A stretch of 64,000 bases of DNA from Acidobacteriota bacterium (lineage in GTDB: Bacteria > Acidobacteriota > UBA890 > WLXD01), in contig CAXWPL010000005.1 of NCBI GenBank assembly GCA_963666215.2, forward strand, positions 1,376,001 through 1,440,000, in the 5' to 3' direction. The first letter of the stretch is position 1. Each line of letters begins with the position of its first letter. Positions 10,975 to 19,993 of this stretch are shown here, piece by piece. Under the pieces are notes generated by a model. The model searched no databases. It saw only the letters and a list, made by a program, of their open reading frames with translations, and had not been told where the DNA came from. The position numbers were made by a program, and so were the translations under genes.

Positions 10975-12009
10975 ATGCGGAGCATCCGTATAGCCTTCCC
11001 AAGGAGTTGCCATGCCAACAGGTCGCGTCGCCCAGCGTCCGCAGCCGTTGCCGTCCTCGCGTTCTTCGCCTTCTCGGCCGTCACGATTGGAACGCCGACC
11101 GCTGCCCGTGGTCAGCGGCTGACCGGTCCGGACCCGGCCCAGATGGAGGACGCGCCCGATCTCGGGTATCGTCCCATCCCCCACGGCTTACAGATTCGCG
11201 ATGACGTCGAAATGGGGGCACCGACCGCCGTCGCCTGGACAACCAAGAACCGCCTCTTGGTCTTCAACCGTGGCCCGAATCCGCTGATGGAGTTCGATGC
11301 TGACGGCGCCTTCGTGCGGTCGTGGGGCCAGGGGCAGTACGTCAGACCTCACGGGATGCGTCTCGACGCCGAGGGCAACATCTGGACGACAGACGTTGGT
11401 GGCCATACCGTGCGGAAGATGAACCCGGATGGTGAGGTGCTGATGACGCTGGGCGTCCACGGGCAGGCCGGCGACTGGGACGAGGCGACGAACACACGAC
11501 GGCTCATGGAACCCACGGACCTCGCCTTTGGCCGGTCGGGTGAGATCTATGTCGCTGTTGGCCACGGCCGAGGTGAGCCGCGCGTGCTGAAGTTCGACCG
11601 TGGCGGCACGATGCTCACCTCGTGGGGGCGAGCAGGGACCGGCCCGAGCGAGTTCGACACCCTGCATTCGATCGTGGTGGACGCTCAAGGGCTCGTGTAT
11701 GTGGCCGACCGACAGAATCGACGCATCCAGATCTTCGAACCCGACGGCACCTACGTCACAGAGCGGCCCTACAAGGGTCTCCCTTGTGGACTGTATGTCG
11801 CTGACGACCAGCAGATGTACATGGTGAGCGGACACGCCGGCGAGATACTTCGCCTCGACACGAACGGCAAGGTCCTAGGGGCCACGGGGCAGCCAGGCAT
11901 GGGACTGGGGGAGTTCGGTGAGGCCCACTACATGACGATCGGGCCCGACGAGGTCATCTGGGTTGCGGATACGGCCAAGCCAGCCTTGCACAAGTTCGTG
12001 AAGAAGTAG
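10975..12009 (+). CDS. NHL-repeat beta-propeller (peptidyl-alpha-hydroxyglycine alpha-amidating lyase-like)
   Basis: RPHGMRLDAEGNIWTTD, PTDLAF and HSIVVD...VYVADRQNRRIQIF motifs; close paralog at 43121-44161; start uncertain. Confidence 0.85.
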   Translation: MRSIRIAFPRSCHANRSRRPASAAVAVLAFFAFSAVTIGTPTAARGQRLTGPDPAQMEDAPDLGYRPIPHGLQIRDDVEMGAPTAVAWTTKNRLLVFNRGPNPLMEFDADGAFVRSWGQGQYVRPHGMRLDAEGNIWTTDVGGHTVRKMNPDGEVLMTLGVHGQAGDWDEATNTRRLMEPTDLAFGRSGEIYVAVGHGRGEPRVLKFDRGGTMLTSWGRAGTGPSEFDTLHSIVVDAQGLVYVADRQNRRIQIFEPDGTYVTERPYKGLPCGLYVADDQQMYMVSGHAGEILRLDTNGKVLGATGQPGMGLGEFGEAHYMTIGPDEVIWVADTAKPALHKFVKK

Positions 12010-12170
12010 CGAAACGGGTGGTCGGGTGAAATCAGGCGTGCGTGGGTTTCTTGCGTGGCCTCGAGGGTGAGTGGAGCGGCAGGTGGGTCGCGAGGGTGAC
12101 GTCAAGTCCGGGCTTCGGATCATCTCTCGTGACCTACAAGAGGGGCACCTGCTCAGCCTGAACGACAAGA

Positions 12171-14163
12171 GAGGGCAATGTCAGAGGGGGCGTTGGGGCC
12201 GTCCGGAGAGAACGGCGCGCACGGTGCTATCGCAACGGCTGAGCGCGGCGGGGGAGGGCAAACACGAACAGATTGCTGGCGCGGCTGGTGCGGAGCTCGG
12301 GAGTCATGAGGGCGTTGGTCAGTCTGCCCGGGCCGGTGCTGACGGCTACGTACTGGCGTCCGTCGACAGCGTAGGTGATTGGAAAGCCCATCACCGGGGA
12401 TCCGAGATTGATCTCCCACAACACATCGCCGGTCTCCTGGTCGAAGGCTCTGAACCGCCCGCCCTGGTCGCCGCCGAAGAGGAGTCCGCCGCCGGTGCTG
12501 AGCAGCGAGAAGGTCGCGGCCCGCGTTTCGTAGATCCACTTCGTCTCGCCGGTCTCTACCGAGATCGCACGCACGGTTCCGAGCTGGTCGGTGCCCGGTG
12601 CCAGTTGGTGATCGACAGCGAGCGAGTAGAACGGGCTAGATTGAACCATGGACATCGCCCGTTCGCTGCGGAGATTGTCGGTCGCCAACATGACCGCACA
12701 GGCCTGGCGAAGCGGGAAATACATGGTCTTGGTCAGTGGGCTGTAGGTGCCGGTCTCCCAATCCTTGCCGCCCGCCCAGGTCGGGCAGATCAACGCCTCC
12801 TGCTCCATTTCGGTGAAGATGACCTCCAGATTCTCGGTCACCTTGCCGGTGGCGGGGTCGATGTCGCTGATTACGTTTTGCGCGATGGTCGGCGTGGCCC
12901 AGAGAAACTCTCCGGTCTCGCGGTCGAGGGTGTAGACCAGGCCGGTCTTGCCCGGGATTCCGGTCACGACCTTGCGCACCTCTCCGGGCTGAAGTCGCGG
13001 GTTGATCCAGCGGACGCTGTCGGGGTCGGGGCTGACGACGGTGTCGAGGAGGATGCGCTCGAAGACGTGGTCGAGATCCCAGTGATCGTTGAGGTGCTGG
13101 TAGTACCAGCTGATTTCGCCGGTGTCGACCGCGAGCGCGAGGGTCGAGTTGTGGTAGAGGTGGGTTTTGTCGGTGCCGCCGAGCATGAACTTCGGCGCCG
13201 GCGAGGTGACCCCGGTGCCGATATAGACCAGCTCGAGCTCGGGGTCGTAGCTCGGCGGCATCCAGGTGCCTACATGGCGTCGCCTCTCCTGGGGCACGTC
13301 GCCCCAGGTCTCGTCGCCGGGTTCTCCCTGGGCGGGTATCGTGCGCCGCCGCCACACCTCTTCGCCGGTGTGTGCGTCGTGGGCCAGGATGACGCAGGCA
13401 TCGGGGCCACCGCTGGGTCGGCAACTTCGTCCAGAGATGAGCTTGCCGTCGGCGACGATGGGGCCCGCGCTGTGATGGGCCGGATTAACCTTGTAGTCGA
13501 GGATCTTGGTCTCCCAGGCGAGCTCACCGGTCGTTGCATCGAGCGCGTAGGCGTAGAGGTCGGCACTGGTGTTGAGGATGAATCGGCCGTAGATGGCAAT
13601 GTTGCGGGACTTACGGGCGAGAGGGCCGCCGTAGCCCCAGACATCATCCGGCAAGTCTCGTTTGTACTCCCACAACAAGTCCCCTGTCGCGGCGGAGAGC
13701 GCCTGAATTGTGTCTTCTGTGTTGGGGACATAGAGGACGCCTTCGTAGGCCAGCGGCGTGAGCTCGGCGGTTCCCGGAGCGAGGGCGCGAGTCCAGACCA
13801 TGCGGATCTCGTCCACGTTCTCTCGGGTGACCTGGTCGAGCGGGCTGTAGCCCCAGCTGTCGAGGGTGCGGCGATAGTTGATCCAGTCCTCCGGCGCCGG
13901 ATTCGCGAGCATGGCGTCGGTGACCGGAGTGAGCTCTGTCGACAGCGTGGCGGCGGTCGTCGTGTCCTGGCCGAGGGCGACCGAGACCACTAGACAGGCA
14001 GCGATCCCACTCAGCACGAGTCTCGCGCGGCAAGCAGAATTCATCGCTCGATTCATCGTTGGCCCCTCCTGGGTACTGCGAGCTGGCGTGAGGTGACGCT
14101 GTCGCAGCGCGCGAGGGATCATGGTCTGCCGGTATGGCTGTCGTCAAGAGGAGTCCAGCCGGC
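12171..14163. repeat. ~2-kb direct repeat, copy 1 (copy 2 at 44724-46716)
   Basis: Near-identical nucleotide sequence at an offset of 32553. Confidence 0.95.
12227..14056 (-). CDS. PQQ-dependent dehydrogenase (alcohol dehydrogenase-like beta-propeller), copy 1
   Basis: RBS AGGAGG before MNRAMNS; signal peptide; YSPLDQV, TPLAYEG, WDLD, CPTWAGGKDW and PITYAVDGRQYV motifs. Confidence 0.9.
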   Translation of the reverse strand: MNRAMNSACRARLVLSGIAACLVVSVALGQDTTTAATLSTELTPVTDAMLANPAPEDWINYRRTLDSWGYSPLDQVTRENVDEIRMVWTRALAPGTAELTPLAYEGVLYVPNTEDTIQALSAATGDLLWEYKRDLPDDVWGYGGPLARKSRNIAIYGRFILNTSADLYAYALDATTGELAWETKILDYKVNPAHHSAGPIVADGKLISGRSCRPSGGPDACVILAHDAHTGEEVWRRRTIPAQGEPGDETWGDVPQERRRHVGTWMPPSYDPELELVYIGTGVTSPAPKFMLGGTDKTHLYHNSTLALAVDTGEISWYYQHLNDHWDLDHVFERILLDTVVSPDPDSVRWINPRLQPGEVRKVVTGIPGKTGLVYTLDRETGEFLWATPTIAQNVISDIDPATGKVTENLEVIFTEMEQEALICPTWAGGKDWETGTYSPLTKTMYFPLRQACAVMLATDNLRSERAMSMVQSSPFYSLAVDHQLAPGTDQLGTVRAISVETGETKWIYETRAATFSLLSTGGGLLFGGDQGGRFRAFDQETGDVLWEINLGSPVMGFPITYAVDGRQYVAVSTGPGRLTNALMTPELRTSRASNLFVFALPRRAQPLR

Positions 14164-14339
14164 CGCAAACACGCCGCCGGGACCACGCACCCGGACCGCC
14201 GTTCCGGCGGGATGATGCCGCCCTCCTGAAGCAGGCCTAGCTCTCCCGCGGTCGCGAAGCCCTTAGCTCACTCCACCCCGGAAACTGCGCTCGCAGCCAA
14301 CGGGATGCGCTTTCTCGCAGCCATCAACAGGAAGGCCGA

Positions 14340-14665
14340 GCTTGAGGTATTCGCAGGGCTAACAGGCCGCGAGACGGCACAAGATGCCCCCAGTCGTGAG
14401 GTGTGGGCCATCTGCGGCAGAAGGGCTGGAAAGAGCTTCATTGCGGCGTTGGTGGCCGTGTTTTTGACGACGTGTAGGAGCTACAAGCTCGCTCCGGGGG
14501 AGCGTGGCGTGTTTATGGTGATCGCCGCTGATCGTCGACAAGCAAGGGTAATTCGTCGGTATGTTGGCGGTCTCTTGCACTCGATACCGGTGCTCGAACA
14601 GCTCATAGAAAACGAGACGAAGGAATCGATCCAGCTCACGACCGGCGTGGACATCGAGATCCACC
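14340..14665 (+). pseudogene. phage terminase large subunit ATPase fragment
   Basis: REVWAICGRRAGKSFIAA (Walker A-like), LAPGERG and IAADRRQARVI. Confidence 0.7.
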
Positions 14666-14869
14666 TCGCTGTCCGGAAGACGACCTCATCGATCTGCTGA
14701 CTGGTCAGATGATCCGAGTCGTGTGGCCCGACGCTGACGTTTGGGTGATCGAGATCTCGTAGGGGGGGGGCAGCTCCCCCCATTACAGACAAGGGCTTGG
14801 TTTCACGCCCACGCGCCGCGGTGGGGGAGCCGCCCCATCTGAGTAGGGTGCGAGGCGGGTGCGTACGAC

Positions 14870-14994
14870 GGGGAGGAAATCGCTTTTCTGAGCATGAGGA
14901 GCATGAGGGTTTTCGGAGGCCTGGGCGAGAGCTGGAGGTCCTGGGGGTCACTTCTCGGCGGCTCGACAGCAGGATCAGAGTGCGCGGGCCTGGC
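14870..14994 (-). mobile_element. IS91-family oriIS/3' end, copy 2 (short, GGGGAGG variant)
   Basis: Same repeat; preceded by CGAC. Confidence 0.8.
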
Positions 14995-15271
14995 CGATCA
15001 GGTGGCGATCATGGTCATCGCCGTTGTCACAGCGGTCTTGGTCATGTTAGTTTCGGCAAAGCCCATCGGAGATTTCGTCGAGCGACACCCGACCTTGAAG
15101 ATGCTCGCTCTGAGCTTTTTGCTCTTGATCGGTACGACGCTGGTGGCGGACGGCCTCGGGTTTCACTTTCCGAAGGGCTACGTCTATTTCGCGATGGCGT
15201 TCTCGGTGTTCGTGGAGATGCTCAATATGAGGTTGCGCAAGGTGTCTGCCCCCGAAGTCGCAGGGGGCTAA
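14987..15271 (+). pseudogene. TerC-family membrane protein C-terminal fragment
   Basis: FVERHPTLKMLALSFLLLIG...PKGYVYFAMAFSVFVEMLN. Confidence 0.85.
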
Positions 15272-15288
15272 TGAGGAGGAAAGCAGTG

Positions 15289-16323
15289 ATGAGAATGTTT
15301 CTTGCGGTGAGTACAGTAGCCCTTTGCCTTGTTCTCGTCGCGTTCTCGGTGCCGCCGCCCGCCCTAGCTCAAGACGTCGGGCTGTGCGTGTCGGAACGTT
15401 TTGCGGATCAGTTGACCGATGTGGTTGGGCAGTATGACAACGCGACCATGATTCGCTTCGGCGATCGTGCGGAGCTGGTGGAAAAGGTCGGGGGCTGCGA
15501 TGCCGTCATCGCGGCGGCCGGAGGAGGTACGGACGAGATCCTTCGCGCCGGGTCCCGCTTACGGTGGCTCCAGACCGCGAGCGCCGGGGTCGAGACCATT
15601 CTCCGCTCCGACGAGCTGGTTGCTTCGGATGTGATCTTGACCAACGCGAAGATCCTGCAGGGGCCGGAGATTGCCGATCACGCCTTTGCGCTGCTCTTGA
15701 CTCTCACTCGTGACATCCGCTTTTTCAACACTCAGGTCTCGTGGAATCGCGAGAACCGTCTTCCCATCATCGAGCTGCGCGGTAAGACAGCTCTGATCAT
15801 CGGCCTGGGGGGAATCGGCACGCAGATCGCGCAGCGTGCAGCGGCGTTCGAGATGCGCGTTCTCGCGATCGATCCGAAAGATATTCCGATGAGCCGGGAT
15901 GTTGCCTATGTCGGCAAGCCGGACGAGCTCGACGACTTGTTGCCGCAGGCCGACGTCGTCTTTAGCAGCGTGCCACACACGCCCGCGTCTCGCGGCATGC
16001 TCGGCAAGGAGCAGTTCGCGGTGATGAAGGACGGTGTTTATGTCGTCAACGTGTCGCGCGGTCCGATCATCGACACCGAGGCGCTGGTTGCCGCTTTACG
16101 CTCTGGCAAGGTGCGTGCGGCGGGTCTCGATGTCACCGACCCCGAGCCCCTGCCAGATGGTCACCCGCTGTGGTCGATGCCCAACGTCGTCATCACGCCA
16201 CACATTGCGACGCAGTCCGACCACTCCATCGAGCGGCGAGTCCTCCTCTTTCGCGACAACATCGCGCGTTTCCTCGAGAACCGACCCTTACGCAACGTGG
16301 TTGACAAGAAAAAGGGGTACTAG
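15289..16323 (+). CDS. D-2-hydroxyacid dehydrogenase family protein with N-terminal signal-like peptide
   Basis: RBS GAGGAGG; GLGGIG, NVSRG, LDVTDPEPL and ITPHIA motifs. Confidence 0.9.
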   Translation: MRMFLAVSTVALCLVLVAFSVPPPALAQDVGLCVSERFADQLTDVVGQYDNATMIRFGDRAELVEKVGGCDAVIAAAGGGTDEILRAGSRLRWLQTASAGVETILRSDELVASDVILTNAKILQGPEIADHAFALLLTLTRDIRFFNTQVSWNRENRLPIIELRGKTALIIGLGGIGTQIAQRAAAFEMRVLAIDPKDIPMSRDVAYVGKPDELDDLLPQADVVFSSVPHTPASRGMLGKEQFAVMKDGVYVVNVSRGPIIDTEALVAALRSGKVRAAGLDVTDPEPLPDGHPLWSMPNVVITPHIATQSDHSIERRVLLFRDNIARFLENRPLRNVVDKKKGY

Positions 16324-16498
16324 ACCAGCGTTTCCAAAGTTCGTGCTGCATAGGTCGAGCTCATTCTGTTCGCTGGCCAGGCGCGGCGACGCAGGCATAT
16401 TGGGCAATATGTCGAGGAGCGCGGGGGCGCCTAGCCAACGCCGCCAGCGGACAGAAGGGGCCGAGATATGTGCGCGAACTTTGGAAACGCTGGTCTAG
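16320..16498. mobile_element. CTAG-flanked hairpin MITE-like element A
   Basis: 24-bp perfect IR CTAGACCAGCGTTTCCAAAGTTCG, further inner stems, and a core shared with element B. Confidence 0.75.
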
Positions 16499-16531
16499 AT
16501 TCAGGCGTGGTACTACCACGCCTGAATCTAG
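16495..16531. repeat. perfect palindrome (18-bp arms, 1-nt centre) bounded by CTAG
   Basis: CTAGATTCAGGCGTGGTA-C-TACCACGCCTGAATCTAG. Confidence 0.9.
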
Positions 16532-16580
16532 TTTGCCGTTGGCGCCGCGGACGGCGCACTTGGGCGTTGCTTCCTATTCG

Positions 16581-17122
16581 CTGATATGGAACGACCTTTG
16601 TCAAGCACCCAACGCCCCATAGTTACCTTTTCGGGCAGAGCCGAATGACCGTGTTCCGTCGTGAGGTCGTGCACTCTTCGTTCGCGAATCCGGGAAAGGA
16701 CTCCCTGTCGCATAGCGAAAGCGCGAATCCTCGGATCGTGCCTCCCGGGGTCCACGCCCTCCACCCACTCGAGTCGTTGTTGTTTACCTGCCTTCTTGCC
16801 CTTCGCGAGTCGCCTCGAGAGGTCGGTTCGGGGTCCAGGCGGCTGGCGTAGCCATTCCGAAGGGACTTGGCCTGGAGGCCGAAGCGCCCTCTCGACAGAA
16901 TTGAGCATGGCAAGAAGCGGGCGCATGTTAGTTCGTGCCGGTGCCTTCCTGCAGTCGCGGGTAGAGGTAAAGAACATCCCACAGGAAGCCGACGAGCTCG
17001 CGAGCCATCGCAACGACAGCCTTGGGCGCCGGCTTGCTGGAGCCCAGTACGAAATGGAGATAGCGACGATGCAACCGAAGCTGCGCCTTGTCTGCCACAG
17101 TACAGATCTCCTGGGGTTGGCC
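16581..17122 (-). mobile_element. IS110-family remnant: transposase C-terminus plus ~350-nt 3' non-coding region and right end
   Basis: KAQLRLHRRY...KPAPKAVVAMARELVGFLW is an IS110 C-terminal motif; the end reads TTGACAAAGGTCGTTCCATATCAG. Confidence 0.7.
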
Positions 17123-17317
17123 CTGTTCGAGCAGGCCGCAGTCCAAGTACCGGTACACCACCCTTGCGACCACGCTGCGCAGGTAGCCGAAGGTCGGCTC
17201 GAAACGATCTTCGTAGACCTGGAGGAAGCGCTCAAAGTGGTGTGTCAAGGCGCGGTACGCCACGCTCCGCTCCGGCCGCCGCCGGCGATAGACCTGGCTG
17301 TGAGCCGCCTCTGCCAT
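17120..17317 (-). pseudogene. IS91-family transposase N-terminal fragment
   Basis: YRRRRPERSVAYRALTHHFERF...YRYLDCGLLEQG, the region preceding the Zn-binding domain; fused in frame to the IS110 tail. Confidence 0.75.
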
Positions 17318-17499
17318 TGCCTCCCGTCGAAGACAAGAGACGGAAAGCGGCGCTCAGATCTGGCACCGATCGCACCTAATGCTCTTCCGCCCCGAGCTCG
17401 GCTTCCGCTCGAACCTCGCTGGGGAACGACCGTGGGCGGCAGCTTTCCCCCGGCTGCTGCAGCTGAGTTCAACGCTGCGTGCCTTGATACGATCGGTCC

Positions 17500-17706
17500 A
17501 TGAGGGTCTCAGAAACACCCAGCGTCATTCATTCGGATCCTGAGATCCTCGGTGGCGCACCCGTTTTCCGCGGTACGCGGGTCCCGGTCAAGAATCTCTT
17601 CGACTACCTGGAAGCTGGCAATCCACTCGAGAGGTTCCTAGATCACTTCCCAACGGTTTCGCGCGAGCAGGCGTTGGCGGCTCTAGAAGAGGCAGCTGAA
17701 GGCCTC
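17500..17706 (+). pseudogene. DUF433 antitoxin, 3' end replaced
   Basis: IHSDPEILGGAPVFRGTRVPVKNLFDYLEAG...FPTVSREQA. Confidence 0.85.
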
Positions 17707-17789
17707 GGAAGAGATCCGAGCCAGCTACCCGACGGTGAGCAAGGAGGCTCTTCAGGCCGTTATGGGCTTCGCGTCCCCGCACTGTTAGG

Positions 17790-17935
17790 GTATGGGCTTT
17801 GAAGACGCCGTCCTCGCAGAACAAACCGACGATGCTTTCGGCGTCGCCGTCGACCACCGCGTGACAGTATCTGGCGGTGAGCTCTCGGATTTCGTCTTTG
17901 TCTTCGAGTCTTGTCAGTCGGTCTTCGGGTTTCAC
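17790..17935 (-). pseudogene. SnoaL/NTF2-like N-terminal fragment
   Basis: RLEDKDEIRELTARYCHAVVDGD...LFCEDG. Confidence 0.65.
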
Positions 17936-17952
17936 TTTTCCACCGGGCGGTG

Positions 17953-19935
17953 ATGGCTTCAGATAGTTATAACACCGCAGGTGGCGTGCTGGCGGCATTG
18001 GCAGCCGCCACGTTGGCATCCGCTACCCTCGGCCAGCAAGGTGCAGCTGACGGCGAATGGCGTCACCACGGTGCCGACCACGCCTTCACCCGTTACTCAC
18101 CGCTCGCCCAGATCGACGCGGAGAACTTTTCTCAGCTCGAAGTGGCCTGGAGCTGGGAGTCTGCCGAGCACGGCGTGGTGGAGAAGCCAGGGCACTTCAA
18201 GGGCTCCGCGCTGATGATCGGCGGCCGCGTCTACGCGGCGACCAGTCTCTGGCAAGTGGCGGCTCTCGACGCCGGCACCGGTGAGGCCCTCTGGATCTAC
18301 GACCCGAAGAGCTACGAGCGCCCGAAGGCATCGTATTCCACCCCTCGTGGCATCGAGTACTGGACCGACGGCGCCGATGAGAGAATCCTCATCGCTACCG
18401 GCGCTAAACAGCTGATTTCGATCGATCTTGCGACCGGGCGACCCGATCCTCGCTTCGGTGAGAACGGCATGGTCGACATGTCGCGAGATCATGGACGCCG
18501 AGACATACTCCTGCAGAACATCAGCCCCGGCTCGCCGGGGATCGTGGTGCGCGACACCTACATCGTCGGCTCGAGAGTCAAAGACGGGCCCCTGCGCAAG
18601 AAGGGTATTCCGCCGGGCCACGTGCGCGCCTACGATGTGCGTACCGGCGAGCTCAAATGGCGCTTTCACACCATCCCCCAGGAGGGTGACGAAGGCACCG
18701 AGACCTGGGCGAACGACTCGTGGAAGTGGCACGGCAACACCAACGTCTGGGCGCCCTTCGCCGCCGATGACGAGCTCGGAACCGTCTACATTCCCACCTC
18801 GACGCCGTCGAACGACTTCTATGGCGGCACGCGTCACGGCGACAATCTCTATGCCGAGAGCCTGGTCTGTGTCGACGCGGAGACGGGGGAGCGCGTGTGG
18901 CACTTCCAGACCGTGCATCACGGCATCTGGGACTACGACATCGCATCGGCTCCGAATCTGGTCGATGTGGTCGTCGAGGGTCGACTCAGAAAGGCCGTGG
19001 CCCAGGTGTCGAAGACGGCGTTTACCTATGTCTTTGATCGCGTGACCGGGGAGCCTCTGTGGCCGATCGAGGAGCGCCCCGTTCCGCCGTCGACGGTACC
19101 CGGAGAGAAGCTCGCCGCAACCCAGCCCTTTCCCACCAAGCCGCCGCCCTTCGACCGCCAGGGTGTGAGCATCGACGATCTCATCGACTTCACCCCTGAG
19201 CTGCGCCGTGAGGCGCTAGAGATTGCAGAGAAGTTTGTTCTGGGTCCGATCTTCACTCCTCTCATCGTCACGGGTGTTGGCGGCAAGCTCGGTAATCTCG
19301 TCCTACCCAGCCTCGGTGGGGGAGCAAACCATCCGGGGGCATCCGTCGACCCCGACACCGGCATGCTCTACGTGCAGTCGACCACGGCTCCGTCGGCAAT
19401 GGGCTTGACGAAGCCCGACCCGGCGCGCAGCGACTGGAGATATGTGAAGGACTCGGTAAGGACCCAGGGGCCCCAGGGGCTGCCGCTGGTCAAACCCCCT
19501 TATCGCCGCATCACGGCTATCGATCTCAGAACCGGGGAGCACGCCTGGCAGGTGCCGTTGGGCGAGGGACCGACCGATCACCCCGCGATCAAGCATCTCG
19601 ACCTCGGTCCCCTCGGCAGTCGCCCTTCGAGCGGCCGCAGGGAGGGCGGTCTTCTGCTCACCAAGACCTTGCTCATTACCTATGTCCCGCAGTGGGAGAG
19701 TTGGGACGATCGCTCGGCAAGCGGCAGCATCCTTCAGGCCTACGACAAAGCGACCGGCAGGGTGCTGGCGGAGGTGGAGACGGAGGCCACCCTACACGGG
19801 GTGCCGATGACCTACATGCACCAGGGCCGCCAGTACATCGTCGTGACGGCCGGCGGCGGCGGGTCTGGTACTTCGGGGGCGCTTTTCGGCGACCAGACAG
19901 AGAAAGCGCAGCTCGTGGCCTTCGCGCTCCCCTAG
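17953..19935 (+). CDS. PQQ-dependent glucose/quinate-type dehydrogenase (start uncertain)
   Basis: RYSPLAQID, PPGHVRAYDVRTG, HHGIWDYD, WPIEERPVP, TQPFPTKP and PMTYMHQGRQYI motifs. Confidence 0.9.
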   Translation: MASDSYNTAGGVLAALAAATLASATLGQQGAADGEWRHHGADHAFTRYSPLAQIDAENFSQLEVAWSWESAEHGVVEKPGHFKGSALMIGGRVYAATSLWQVAALDAGTGEALWIYDPKSYERPKASYSTPRGIEYWTDGADERILIATGAKQLISIDLATGRPDPRFGENGMVDMSRDHGRRDILLQNISPGSPGIVVRDTYIVGSRVKDGPLRKKGIPPGHVRAYDVRTGELKWRFHTIPQEGDEGTETWANDSWKWHGNTNVWAPFAADDELGTVYIPTSTPSNDFYGGTRHGDNLYAESLVCVDAETGERVWHFQTVHHGIWDYDIASAPNLVDVVVEGRLRKAVAQVSKTAFTYVFDRVTGEPLWPIEERPVPPSTVPGEKLAATQPFPTKPPPFDRQGVSIDDLIDFTPELRREALEIAEKFVLGPIFTPLIVTGVGGKLGNLVLPSLGGGANHPGASVDPDTGMLYVQSTTAPSAMGLTKPDPARSDWRYVKDSVRTQGPQGLPLVKPPYRRITAIDLRTGEHAWQVPLGEGPTDHPAIKHLDLGPLGSRPSSGRREGGLLLTKTLLITYVPQWESWDDRSASGSILQAYDKATGRVLAEVETEATLHGVPMTYMHQGRQYIVVTAGGGGSGTSGALFGDQTEKAQLVAFALP

Positions 19936-19993
19936 TGGGTGATCCACCTCTGTCGCCGCGGCCACCTTGGCCCATCTTCGAAGAACCGCACCC

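Noticed and set aside
13070-13090. WDLD motif as evidence of lanthanide dependence of the PQQ enzyme
   Set aside because: The D-x-D pattern also occurs in non-lanthanide PQQ glucose dehydrogenases, so it is not diagnostic in this divergent clade.
12071-13993. Long antisense/alternate-frame ORFs (e.g. 12071-13993, 44777-46546, 34910-36643, 40466-42541, 55604-57244)
   Set aside because: Shadows of real genes in high-GC DNA, with no family motifs.
14305-14700. Prophage
   Set aside because: Only a terminase fragment; no portal, capsid or integrase genes in the window.
17370-17482. attC-like site (ACCTAAT...GCAGCTGAGTTCAACGCT) before DUF433
   Set aside because: Lacks proper RYYYAAC/GTTRRRY core sites; no integron integrase or second site seen.
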